Below, in pieces: positions 30,351 to 39,238 of a stretch of 64,000 nucleotides of DNA. How positions within the stretch are numbered: the first letter of the stretch is position 1; each line of letters opens with the position of its first letter. Both the position numbers and the translations under genes were made by a program. The notes beneath the pieces were generated by a model. It saw only the letters and a program-made list of their open reading frames with translations. It had not been told where the DNA came from and did not search any database. Origin of the DNA: an uncultured Thermotogaceae bacterium (lineage in GTDB: Bacteria > Thermotogota > Thermotogae > MWEM01); contig CAZOJQ010000002.1 of assembly GCA_964580185.1 (NCBI GenBank), positions 52,599-116,598 on the forward strand, read 5' to 3'.

Positions 30351-32625
30351 CATTGAACTGGATATGGTGCCCTCCCTGACGAAAATAACTCCGGACCAGG
30401 TGCGCAATTTTTTGGATTCCCTCCCGTTCTTTGAATAAAGTCGGAGAAAACCGTTGATTGAGGAGCGTTCCTCCGGTTTTCGCCTGATCCATCCGGGAAA
30501 GCGAACGAATCACTGCCGTTGGTCCATTTCGATCCGCTCCATGAGACGGAGAAGTCCCATCTGAAATGGGAAGTCCCTTATGGCGCCCATTGGGTGTTGC
30601 TCCTGTTTTTGATCCGAAATAGACATGACAGGTCGTCGAAAGAAAGTTGATATGGTATCTCCCCCCAACGCTATCGGGTTTTCCATCAATCATTTCTAAC
30701 AAAGAGCCAAAAACCCGTTCCATCAGCTGATCCGCTTGAGGATCATCATTTCCAAAAAACGGGGTGTGATTCCATAGGAGTTGCCTCAGGCGTTCTTCCT
30801 CATGGAAATCCTGATTCATCGCATGGATGATTTGACCCATTGTACGGTCCTTTCGTTCATATACATGGGTCTGGAGCGCAGAGAGGCTGTCTGTGATCGT
30901 ACCGATTCCGCAGCATTGGATATAGTGGGAATTGTACCGCGCGCCTCCTTGATAGTAATCTTTTCCTTTTTGAATGCAGTCTGCAATCAGCACCGACAAA
31001 AAGGGCGCGGGCATCTCGTTGGCATATGCCTGTTCCAGCAGATGATTGGCTTCCATCTTGATCTGGATCGCGTAGTTCAGTTGCTTCTCAAATGCGCGAT
31101 ACAAAGCCTCAAAGGAATCCATCCGATTGGGATCTCCGCACGAAAGGCCTACTTGCTTTCCGCTGAATGGATCAACCCCTTGATTCAAAGTTAGTTCCAA
31201 GATTTTTGGAAGGTTAAGGTACCCAGTCAATATATAGGCCTCTTTCCCAAAAGCGCCCGTTTCGATACACCCGCTGGTCCCTCCTTCTCTGGCATCCTCT
31301 AGCGTTTTTCCCATGCCGACCATCTCTTGAACCACAAGATCGGCATTAAACACGGAAGGATATCCAAAGCCGCGGGAAATTACCGCGCAAGCCCTTTCGA
31401 GAAAGTGTTGGGGGGATTTTTGGCTGATTTGAATGTTGAATCCGGGTTGCAAAAGGTGGATCTCTTCCGCTATGTCCAACAATAGGTAGGAAAGGTCATT
31501 GACCCCATCGCTGCCATTGCGCAGCAGCCCACCCAAATTGATGTTTGTAAAATCATTGTAGGTTCCGCTTTCTTGGGCCGTAACACCCACCTTTGGGGGT
31601 GCTGGTTGATTGTTGAATTTGATCCACAGACAACTGATCAGTTCTCGCGCTTCTTCTTGGGTAAGTCGGCCTTCATCCAGATCGCTCCGATAAAACGGAT
31701 ACAGATGTTGATCCAAATGCCCCGGATTCATGGCATCCCATCCGTTTAGCTCCATGATGGTTCCCAAATGCAAAAACCAATAGGTCTGCAACGCTTCGTG
31801 CAAATTTTGAGGGGCATTTTCTGGGACTCGAGCGCAAACCCGCGCAACCGTTCGAAGCTCTTCTCTCCTTTTGGGATCCTTTTCCTGGTTGGCCATATGA
31901 TCGGCCAATTCCGAATGCCTCCGAGCAAATAGAACGATGGCATCGCACGCGATTTCCATAGCCATCAGCTGGTTCTGTTTTTCGTACGCATGGGGATCGC
32001 TGAGGCAATCTAACGCCTTCCGTTGATCCTGGATCTCTTGTTTCCAATCTTTGATCCCTTTTTGATAAATCCGACCATCAAGGGTCGTATGGCCAGGAGC
32101 GCGCTGTTCCATGAATTCGGTAAAAACCCCAGCCTCATACAACAAATGCCATGGTTCGGAAAATAGTGGAAGAAGGCGATCCCGCATCGATCTGCCTTCC
32201 CAATACGGAATCACTTTCGTTTCATAGGCTTCAAATACTTGTGGCGGCACCTGATAAGCGGTCATTTCTCGATCATTGAGCACCTGTAGGTCTTTCAGAC
32301 TATGGCATGTGAGTTCGGGAAAGGTGGGTACGGATTTCGGAAAAGGCCCCCTCTCTCCCACGATCCATTCATCGGCTCCGATATAAATCTGTTGCTTCGC
32401 GCACAGTTCGCGAAAACTTAGGGCCCGCAGGATTGGTATCGGCACTTTCCCCAATTGGTTTTTGTAGAAATCTGTTATTATGACGGCTCGTTCATGGGAA
32501 ATTGTTGGCTTTGCATGGTAGCTTTCTTCTCGCAACCGTTGAACCCTGGGTGTCATTGATCCTCTCCTCCGTTTCGCAGGGCAGTAAACCCTCTTTTGCG
32601 CAAATCCATCAACCACTGTTTGCAT
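30187..32625 (-). CDS. Glycyl radical enzyme, PFL2/glycerol-dehydratase family (substrate unknown)
   Basis: 812 aa. Glycine-radical motif RVAGYSDYF near the C-terminus. Catalytic Cys loop GCIETG (GCxE type of DhaB/CutC/HypD-like dehydratases and lyases). Confidence 0.85.
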   Translation of the reverse strand: MQTVVDGFAQKRVYCPAKRRRGSMTPRVQRLREESYHAKPTISHERAVIITDFYKNQLGKVPIPILRALSFRELCAKQQIYIGADEWIVGERGPFPKSVPTFPELTCHSLKDLQVLNDREMTAYQVPPQVFEAYETKVIPYWEGRSMRDRLLPLFSEPWHLLYEAGVFTEFMEQRAPGHTTLDGRIYQKGIKDWKQEIQDQRKALDCLSDPHAYEKQNQLMAMEIACDAIVLFARRHSELADHMANQEKDPKRREELRTVARVCARVPENAPQNLHEALQTYWFLHLGTIMELNGWDAMNPGHLDQHLYPFYRSDLDEGRLTQEEARELISCLWIKFNNQPAPPKVGVTAQESGTYNDFTNINLGGLLRNGSDGVNDLSYLLLDIAEEIHLLQPGFNIQISQKSPQHFLERACAVISRGFGYPSVFNADLVVQEMVGMGKTLEDAREGGTSGCIETGAFGKEAYILTGYLNLPKILELTLNQGVDPFSGKQVGLSCGDPNRMDSFEALYRAFEKQLNYAIQIKMEANHLLEQAYANEMPAPFLSVLIADCIQKGKDYYQGGARYNSHYIQCCGIGTITDSLSALQTHVYERKDRTMGQIIHAMNQDFHEEERLRQLLWNHTPFFGNDDPQADQLMERVFGSLLEMIDGKPDSVGGRYHINFLSTTCHVYFGSKTGATPNGRHKGLPISDGTSPSHGADRNGPTAVIRSLSRMDQAKTGGTLLNQRFSPTLFKEREGIQKIAHLVRSYFRQGGHHIQFNVVDTETLRSAQKDPEQYADLLVRVAGYSDYFIHLDRSHQEEIIARTLQEQEHLH

Positions 32626-33401
32626 GCTCGATCTGAAGCAGATGGGTCATACGAGTCTTGGGAAATACCGATTTTTCGGGCTTTTCCCGTGCCCCAGGCA
32701 TGATAGGGCATCAACTGAACCGATTTCATTCGATTCAAGCGTTCCAAAATTTGGATGGTGCCCATTCGATTCTCCTCTCCGTCGTTCATTCCAAAGATAA
32801 TGGGAATTCGGATGGCATAAGGGATTGTGGTCCTTTGGTCCAGGTAACTAAGGTTTTGGAGAATCTTCTCGTTGCTGGTTCCTGTGCAATCAAGATGGAG
32901 CTCTTTCGATGCCGCTTTGATATCAAACAAAACCCAGTCTGTATGGGAAAGGACGGATTGAAACAGGTCCAAATCTGCATAACCACTTGTATCCAACGTA
33001 CGGTGGATTCCTTTCTTACCCAAAGACTCCCACAGCTCGATCGTGAACATAGGCTGTGTCAATGGTTCCCCGCCCGAAAGGGTAACCCCTCCACCGGATT
33101 CTTCATAGAAGATCCGGTCTCTCATCACCAACGAAACTACCTCATCAGTCCTCATAGGACGGCCGACTAACTCTCGAGCGTTTGTTGGGCAAGTATACTG
33201 ACCTTTCGCATATATCCTGCATTGGCCGCAATCCATACACCGTTCTTTTGTAAAAAGGATTTGCGGTTCTGGGGACTGGCTCTCTGGGTTGTGACACCAC
33301 CGGCACCGAAGCGGGCACCCTTTTAAAAAAACGGTCGTTCGGATGCCACTGCCATCATCGGTCGCAAAACGCTTGATCAGAAAAACGGTAGCGCTCTCCA
33401 T
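32553..33401 (-). CDS. Glycyl-radical enzyme activating protein (radical SAM, with auxiliary ferredoxin-like cluster)
   Basis: CPLRCRWCHNPE (CxxxCxxC) at the N-terminus. Second Cys cluster CMDCGQCRIYAKGQYTCP. GGEP motif LSGGEPL. Overlaps the GRE gene start by ~70 nt. Confidence 0.85.
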   Translation of the reverse strand: MESATVFLIKRFATDDGSGIRTTVFLKGCPLRCRWCHNPESQSPEPQILFTKERCMDCGQCRIYAKGQYTCPTNARELVGRPMRTDEVVSLVMRDRIFYEESGGGVTLSGGEPLTQPMFTIELWESLGKKGIHRTLDTSGYADLDLFQSVLSHTDWVLFDIKAASKELHLDCTGTSNEKILQNLSYLDQRTTIPYAIRIPIIFGMNDGEENRMGTIQILERLNRMKSVQLMPYHAWGTGKARKIGISQDSYDPSASDRACKQWLMDLRKRGFTALRNGGEDQ

Positions 33402-34051
33402 TAGAACCCGCGAACAAGGGAGTTGGACATGCTCATAAATAAGGAGTATAATCCTTGGGTAGGCAGCAGAATCACAGCGGATCCATTGGGAACGAATCGA
33501 ATCAAAAGAATGAATCCGATAAGAATCATGAACTGTTGCCGTTCAATCCGGTCAAAGATCCCGTTCCATCGCATCGGAAAAACTCCGCGCAAGACCTTGA
33601 ACCCATCCAAAGGCGGGATGGGAAACAGATTGAAGATAAACAAAACACAGTTCAAAAGGACAATGGTTTGCAAGATGTATTGGATATTGGTCAGAAGATG
33701 AGAATCTGTGTTCCCGAATCGAGTAACCAAGGAAAAGATCAGAGAAAAGAAGAAAGCGACAGCAAGGTTAGAAAGGGGCCCCATAATGGATACTAGAATT
33801 TGGGCTTTATGATAGTTTCGGTACGCGCGTGGATTGATCAAAACAGGTTTGCCCCATCCAAAACCCACGAGGAGAAACGCAAAGAATCCGATCCAATCGA
33901 TGTGGGCAATCGGATTCAGCGTCAGGCGACCTTGCGACCGAGGCGTACTGTCTCCGAGAAGATCGGCGGTTTTGGCATGAGAGAATTCATGAATGCCTAT
34001 GGCAATCAGAATGGCTGGAATTAGCAAGAATTTATCGATGAGCAGTTCCAT
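33401..34051 (-). CDS. Site-2 protease family (peptidase M50-like) membrane metalloprotease
   Basis: HEFSHA (HExxH) within a TM helix, and a later LNPIAHIDWIG third-ligand region. Start set at MELLIDKF. Confidence 0.6.
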   Translation of the reverse strand: MELLIDKFLLIPAILIAIGIHEFSHAKTADLLGDSTPRSQGRLTLNPIAHIDWIGFFAFLLVGFGWGKPVLINPRAYRNYHKAQILVSIMGPLSNLAVAFFFSLIFSLVTRFGNTDSHLLTNIQYILQTIVLLNCVLFIFNLFPIPPLDGFKVLRGVFPMRWNGIFDRIERQQFMILIGFILLIRFVPNGSAVILLPTQGLYSLFMSMSNSLVRGF

Positions 34052-34554
34052 ATTGGTTCGGTTCTCCTTCCTTTGAATGGCTCGATGTCTCGAAAATAGT
34101 ATAACAGCGAAACAAAGAAAAGTCAATACCCTTTTTTGAGGGTCGAATAAACAGGAAGTAACCATGGTCCTATGATTCTATATATAAAGGTAGTCCCTAT
34201 AGTAGATCGGTCGATGATTCGTTGAAAATCCCGGAAACGGGGAGAGGATCGAAAAGAGAAGCCGTCGGATCCTGTCGGAAAAAAATCCGTTCGTCGATTC
34301 CGAGAAAAACAGGCAGGATAAAAAGCCGTTTTCGACAAAAGATTCAACCCATTCATCAAAATCATTCACAAAACGAATCAGTATTCGACGGAGTTCGTAG
34401 AAAATGCGATCAAGCGCGCATGAAAAGCCTTCTGGATAACAGAATAGTTAGGATGGCGAATCGTTTTCGACGAAGGAGTTGAGCCGATCGAGGAAAAAGG
34501 GTAACATAACCTTATCATACCCTCACCGGCGAGAGCATTTTTTTATGTTTTGGA

Positions 34555-34583
34555 TTGGAGTTGTATCATTCCTGTGGTATAAT
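34555..34583 (+). promoter_or_regulatory. Sigma-70-type promoter for the oligopeptide ABC operon (TTGGAG - 17 nt - TGgTATAAT)
   Basis: Near-consensus -35 and extended -10, read directly, ~40 nt upstream of the AGGAGGTG SD and the ATG at 34624. Confidence 0.5.
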
Positions 34584-34623
34584 TTCCGAAAAAATAGATC
34601 CATATCTTTTTGTAGGAGGTGGC

Positions 34624-36714
34624 ATGATGAAAAAGCGGATTTTGTTCACAGTACTCGTGTCTCTAATGGTTGTTGTAGGCCTGGCTCAAGTTTCCTTGGA
34701 CGAAGCGGCACCGGAGATCCTTCGAAGAGGGATTTTGCGAGCGGTGGACTCCTCGGAGTTGACCTTTGCCGAGTTTCGATCAGCCGTTGCAGTTGCTTTC
34801 CCCGGAAAAGAACACCTGGTCGAGGTTGTTGATTGCGAAATGAGCCGGACGGACTTTTTGCTCAACCTGATCAAAGTGCTTGGCTTGGAAGATCAAGCAG
34901 CTCAGTATTCACAAGTGGTGACAATGGCCAATGATGAATCCAAAGTGAATGAAGAAGCAACTGGAGCCTTTTCTCTTGCATTCCGGAGCGATCAGCAACT
35001 CCTGAACTATCGATATGGCCATACCCTTCAACCAAATGCTTTGATTACAAAAGAAGAGGCGGCGCTGTCGTTCTACATGGCTCTATATCCTCCGGTTCAG
35101 GGAGGATCGATTACAACGCGCGTTGGAGCCGATGTACCTGGATTCAATACCTTGTTCACTTCCTCTGGTTTAACTTGGACCATCTGCAACATGATTGGGG
35201 ATGGTTTGTTGGGAACAAACCAGGATGGATTCTACCATCCACGCATGATTCGTGAGATCCCTTCTTTGGAAAATGGGTTGATTCAGCTTCACGAGGATGG
35301 AAGCGTCTCCATTACATACCACCTTCGAGAGGGAATGAAATGGCACGATGGGCACCCTGTGACAGCCCACGATGCAAAATTCCAATGGGAAGTCATGATT
35401 TCTGGCGCTCCTGTAACTTCGAATCACTACGAACTGGCAGCCTCGTCGGTCGAAGTTATGGATGACCTCACCTATGTGGTCCACTTCGATGAGGTTTTCG
35501 GGAGCGCTTGGTTTGGTTCTTCGGAGTATGCCTATTACTTTGGATGGTTCCAACTGCCCAAACATGTTTTCGAATCGGATTTCCTAAAGGCCAAAGAACG
35601 AGGCATCTGGGATGATTTTATTCTCAAGGTTACACGGAATCCTGTGATGAGTGGACCATACAAGTTTAAGGAATACCGGGAAGGCCAACATGTTGTCTTT
35701 GAGGCCTTCGATGAGTACTTCATGGGGCGGCCCAACATCGATACCATCGTTATGCGGATCATCCCGGATGGAGATGTAGCTTTTGCCGCAGCGAAAAATG
35801 GGGAGATCGATTTCGGAAGGTATACCCTGACTTTGAGGCATACTTTGCAGTTGGCCCAAGAACACGCAGATATGTTCACAGCGTATCTGGTTCCCAACAT
35901 CGCTCCGGATCTGATCTACCTCAACTTCCGCAATCCAGACAATCTATCGGAACCCAATTTCTTCTTCTCCGATCTTCGCGTTCGCCAAGCCATTGCCCAC
36001 GCAATCAATCGCGAGGCCATCAACAATCTCATCTATAACGGAACGGGAGATGTTGCCGTTTCATGGATCACCGAACTCCACATGATGAGAGAAGCGCTTG
36101 CGCATCCAGATATTCAACAGTATCCGTATGATATGGCGAAGGCTAAAGCCCTTCTGGAACAAGCCGGTTGGCGGACCAACCGAAGCGGGGTATATGAAAA
36201 GGACGGAAAAGCGCTCCAATTCGAACTGCTTGTCGGAGCAGGAACCCCCGATTACTTGACCATGGCGCAGATGATCCAAGGTATGCTCAGACAGGTGGGG
36301 ATCACCATGGAGATCAAAACCATTCCTTCCGTCGCAATGTGGGAGATCATGCCCCAAGGGGAGTACAACGCCATATTGTCTGGATGGGGATATGGGATCT
36401 CTGCTGAAGCCGCCGAATACTGGACGACCGATTCGATTCCTTCGGAAGCCAATTCATTTGGGGGAGTCAACTATAGCGCTTGGTCCAATGAAGAGAATGA
36501 CTGGATCGTTCTTCGCGCGGGAGCAACCGTAGATTCCCAGGAAAAACGAGAGCTTTACGAGCGGCATTTGGTTCTGTGGTCCGAAGCATTGCCGTATATT
36601 CCATTGGTTTGCCCACCCACTCCAATCTTTGCAAAGAACAATATCAAATCATTCAACGCGGGATACGATAATGGGATCGGGTGGATCATACAGAACTGGT
36701 TTGTCAGGAAGTAA
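34624..36714 (+). CDS. ABC transporter substrate-binding protein, family 5 (oligopeptide/nickel type) with ~170-aa N-terminal SLH-like extension
   Basis: Signal peptide MMKKRILFTVLVSLMVVVGLA. Residues ~25-190 carry SLH-like motifs (DFLLNLIKVLGL, LQPNALITKEEAALSFYMAL). The remainder is a typical OppA/DppA-like SBP_bac_5 domain. Strong SD AGGAGGTG. Confidence 0.8.
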   Translation: MMKKRILFTVLVSLMVVVGLAQVSLDEAAPEILRRGILRAVDSSELTFAEFRSAVAVAFPGKEHLVEVVDCEMSRTDFLLNLIKVLGLEDQAAQYSQVVTMANDESKVNEEATGAFSLAFRSDQQLLNYRYGHTLQPNALITKEEAALSFYMALYPPVQGGSITTRVGADVPGFNTLFTSSGLTWTICNMIGDGLLGTNQDGFYHPRMIREIPSLENGLIQLHEDGSVSITYHLREGMKWHDGHPVTAHDAKFQWEVMISGAPVTSNHYELAASSVEVMDDLTYVVHFDEVFGSAWFGSSEYAYYFGWFQLPKHVFESDFLKAKERGIWDDFILKVTRNPVMSGPYKFKEYREGQHVVFEAFDEYFMGRPNIDTIVMRIIPDGDVAFAAAKNGEIDFGRYTLTLRHTLQLAQEHADMFTAYLVPNIAPDLIYLNFRNPDNLSEPNFFFSDLRVRQAIAHAINREAINNLIYNGTGDVAVSWITELHMMREALAHPDIQQYPYDMAKAKALLEQAGWRTNRSGVYEKDGKALQFELLVGAGTPDYLTMAQMIQGMLRQVGITMEIKTIPSVAMWEIMPQGEYNAILSGWGYGISAEAAEYWTTDSIPSEANSFGGVNYSAWSNEENDWIVLRAGATVDSQEKRELYERHLVLWSEALPYIPLVCPPTPIFAKNNIKSFNAGYDNGIGWIIQNWFVRK

Positions 36715-36847
36715 CAAAGAGTTTTCGGACTCATTTGATTGAAAGATGCAGAGCGGCAGGTCTAATGATCTGCCGCATTTCTCTGGCAGCTCCGATTCGG
36801 TGAACTAGGGAAAAATCGGTTGACTATTCTTCCAGCGAGGTGTTGAT

Positions 36848-38248
36848 ATGGATTTTCAGTCAGTGATCGATCAAATACCAGACTTTCAGCGTTTTTTCCG
36901 CGTCGACGAAATGGATCGACGCTCTTTGCAACTAGCCAAGGATTATCCAGAGCGTGTGGAGGTTATGGAACGAGGAAGGTCCCGGGAAGGGAACCCGATC
37001 TATGTGATCAAAATCGGGAGTGGTTCCAAAAATGCGCTTCTGTTCGGATGTCCCCATCCCAACGAACCAATTGGCGCGATGATGCTTGAAGTGCTGAGCG
37101 AATTATTGGCAAAAAATGACCCGGCTCTACAGGAACTTGACTATACCTGGTATCTGATCAAATCGATCGATATCGATGGAACGAAACGGAACGAAGGGTG
37201 GTTTGACGACTCTTCTTCCATTCGGAAGTATGCCGAACACTTCTATCGTCCGGCCAGCTTCGAACAGGTGGAATGGACCTTTCCCGTAGATTACAAAACG
37301 CTCCACTTCCACAAGCCTCTTCCCGAAACCCAAGTATTGATGGAAATCATCCAAGAGAAAAAACCGGTCTTTATGTATTCGCTACACAATTCGGGATTCG
37401 GAGGGGTGTACTATTATGTTTCCGGAACCCTAACGGATTCGCTCTTTGATCTCTTTCAAGCCATTCCAGGCCATTTTCAGCTGCCCTTGAATCTGGGGGA
37501 ACCGGAGGTGCCTTATCTCAAACCCTTTGCTCCCGCGATTTTCCCGATGTTTGGGATATCCGATGAATATGATTATCTGGAAAAGCATCTGCCCGAAGGC
37601 ATGGACCCGGCAACCGTGATTCAAGCAGGGACCAGCTCGGATGATTATGCGAAGAAGATGGCGGGCACGTATTCATTGGTCTGTGAAATGCCGTATTACT
37701 TTGATCCCAGGGTCAACGACCAAACAACCGTTGAACAAAGCCGCCGGCACTTTCTTGAAAAGGCGGTTCAGTCGGGAAAAGAAAATTACGATCGGTTGCA
37801 TGCCATCTTCTCATCGATAGAAAGCGCCATTCATAAGAAAGACTCTCCTTTCTTCACTGCGGTTCATCATTATCTGTCCATGATTCCCAACCATTTGGCC
37901 GCTCAAGAGAACTGGATCAAAACCGACGAGACATTACAAAGACCAGCGACCAAGGCGGAGGAGTTCGACAACCTGTACGCGCAAAAGTTCTACAACCTGT
38001 TAATGCAAGGCATGATGAGGAGAATGATTCGGGAAAATCTCACAACCGCGCCAGGGAACGCATCGATGAAAGAGGCGTTGGAAAATGCCGATCGGTATTT
38101 TGAAGAAACGGTCGACTTCCTTGAGAAAAACCTCACCTATCAGACGATCCCCATCAAAAAACTGGTCAGCGTTCAAATGCTGGCGGGGTTGCATACCATG
38201 AAAACCATCCAAGATCAAAACCAAGCAAATCCCGAGGGTATGTCTTGA
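36848..38248 (+). CDS. M14-family zinc carboxypeptidase-like protein (no signal peptide) embedded in the opp operon
   Basis: HxxE zinc motif in GCPHPNEPIG, and downstream SLHNSGFGGVYYY typical of the M14/AstE-AspA fold. 466 aa with a long helical C-terminal region. Confidence 0.6.
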   Translation: MDFQSVIDQIPDFQRFFRVDEMDRRSLQLAKDYPERVEVMERGRSREGNPIYVIKIGSGSKNALLFGCPHPNEPIGAMMLEVLSELLAKNDPALQELDYTWYLIKSIDIDGTKRNEGWFDDSSSIRKYAEHFYRPASFEQVEWTFPVDYKTLHFHKPLPETQVLMEIIQEKKPVFMYSLHNSGFGGVYYYVSGTLTDSLFDLFQAIPGHFQLPLNLGEPEVPYLKPFAPAIFPMFGISDEYDYLEKHLPEGMDPATVIQAGTSSDDYAKKMAGTYSLVCEMPYYFDPRVNDQTTVEQSRRHFLEKAVQSGKENYDRLHAIFSSIESAIHKKDSPFFTAVHHYLSMIPNHLAAQENWIKTDETLQRPATKAEEFDNLYAQKFYNLLMQGMMRRMIRENLTTAPGNASMKEALENADRYFEETVDFLEKNLTYQTIPIKKLVSVQMLAGLHTMKTIQDQNQANPEGMS

Positions 38249-39228
38249 AAGCGTATCTAATCAAACGGGTTTTGGAATTAATTCCCGTCTTTTTCATGAT
38301 CTCTTTGATCATTTTCCTTTTGATCAACCTCATGCCTGGCGATCCCTTGCTCCAGATGCGGATGGACAACCCCCGCGCCGTAATGACCGATCCTCAGCGA
38401 ATCCAAGCCTTGCGCGAATACTATCGTCTGGACGATCCGCTGTTCATCCGGTATCTCACATGGTTGGGCAGCGCCTTCACGGGAGACTTCGGCTTTTCCA
38501 GCCTCTACAAAGTGCCTGTCTGGGATATGATTATCTCTCGACTGCCCAATACCCTTTTGTTGACCATCGTTGCCTGGTTGATCGGATTGGCGGTGGCTTT
38601 ACCAATTGGGATCTACTCTGCGGTCAAAAAGTACTCAGTATTCGATTATTCCGCCACAGTAACTGCCTTTGTGGGCATGTCGCTGCCCAGTTTTTGGTTT
38701 GGCCTTATGGGGATCATCATCTTTAGCGTTACCCTGAAATGGCTTCCCGTATCAGGGATGGAAACCTATGGGTTGACTGAGCCTTGGGCCATCTTTTGGG
38801 ATCGGGTCCGTCATTTGATTCTCCCAGCGTGTGTTTTGGGATTTGTGCAAGTCGCTTCCTGGGTACGGTACATTCGCACCTCTCTCTTGGAAGTCCTTGA
38901 CCAAGACTATGTCCGAACGGCGTATGCCAAAGGCGTTCCGGATCGGAAAGTGATTATCCGCCATGCTTTGAAAAATGCGATGATTCCAATCATTACCATT
39001 ATCGCGCTGGATATCCCGTATTTTTTTGGAGGGGCGCTAATCATCGAGACGATCTTCTCTTGGCCTGGGATGGGTCGGTTAATGTACCAAGCGGTAATCG
39101 GGAGCGATTACAATCTCGCCATCAGTTGCCTGATGTTCTTGACGATGATTACGTTAATCTCCAACTTAGTAGCGGATTTTCTCTATGTTCTTGTCGATCC
39201 GAGAATCCGAATCACACGGAAGGCGTAA
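38245..39228 (+). CDS. Oligopeptide ABC transporter permease (OppB/DppB-like)
   Basis: BPD_transp_1 EAA-like loop and 6 TM. 327 aa. Confidence 0.85.
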   Translation: MKAYLIKRVLELIPVFFMISLIIFLLINLMPGDPLLQMRMDNPRAVMTDPQRIQALREYYRLDDPLFIRYLTWLGSAFTGDFGFSSLYKVPVWDMIISRLPNTLLLTIVAWLIGLAVALPIGIYSAVKKYSVFDYSATVTAFVGMSLPSFWFGLMGIIIFSVTLKWLPVSGMETYGLTEPWAIFWDRVRHLILPACVLGFVQVASWVRYIRTSLLEVLDQDYVRTAYAKGVPDRKVIIRHALKNAMIPIITIIALDIPYFFGGALIIETIFSWPGMGRLMYQAVIGSDYNLAISCLMFLTMITLISNLVADFLYVLVDPRIRITRKA

Positions 39229-39238
39229 GGAGGAAACG

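Noticed and set aside
34222-34482. 86-aa highly basic ORF in the opp leader
   Set aside because: No SD. Composition (R/K-rich, low complexity) is typical of chance ORFs in A-rich DNA. The region is better explained as regulatory leader.
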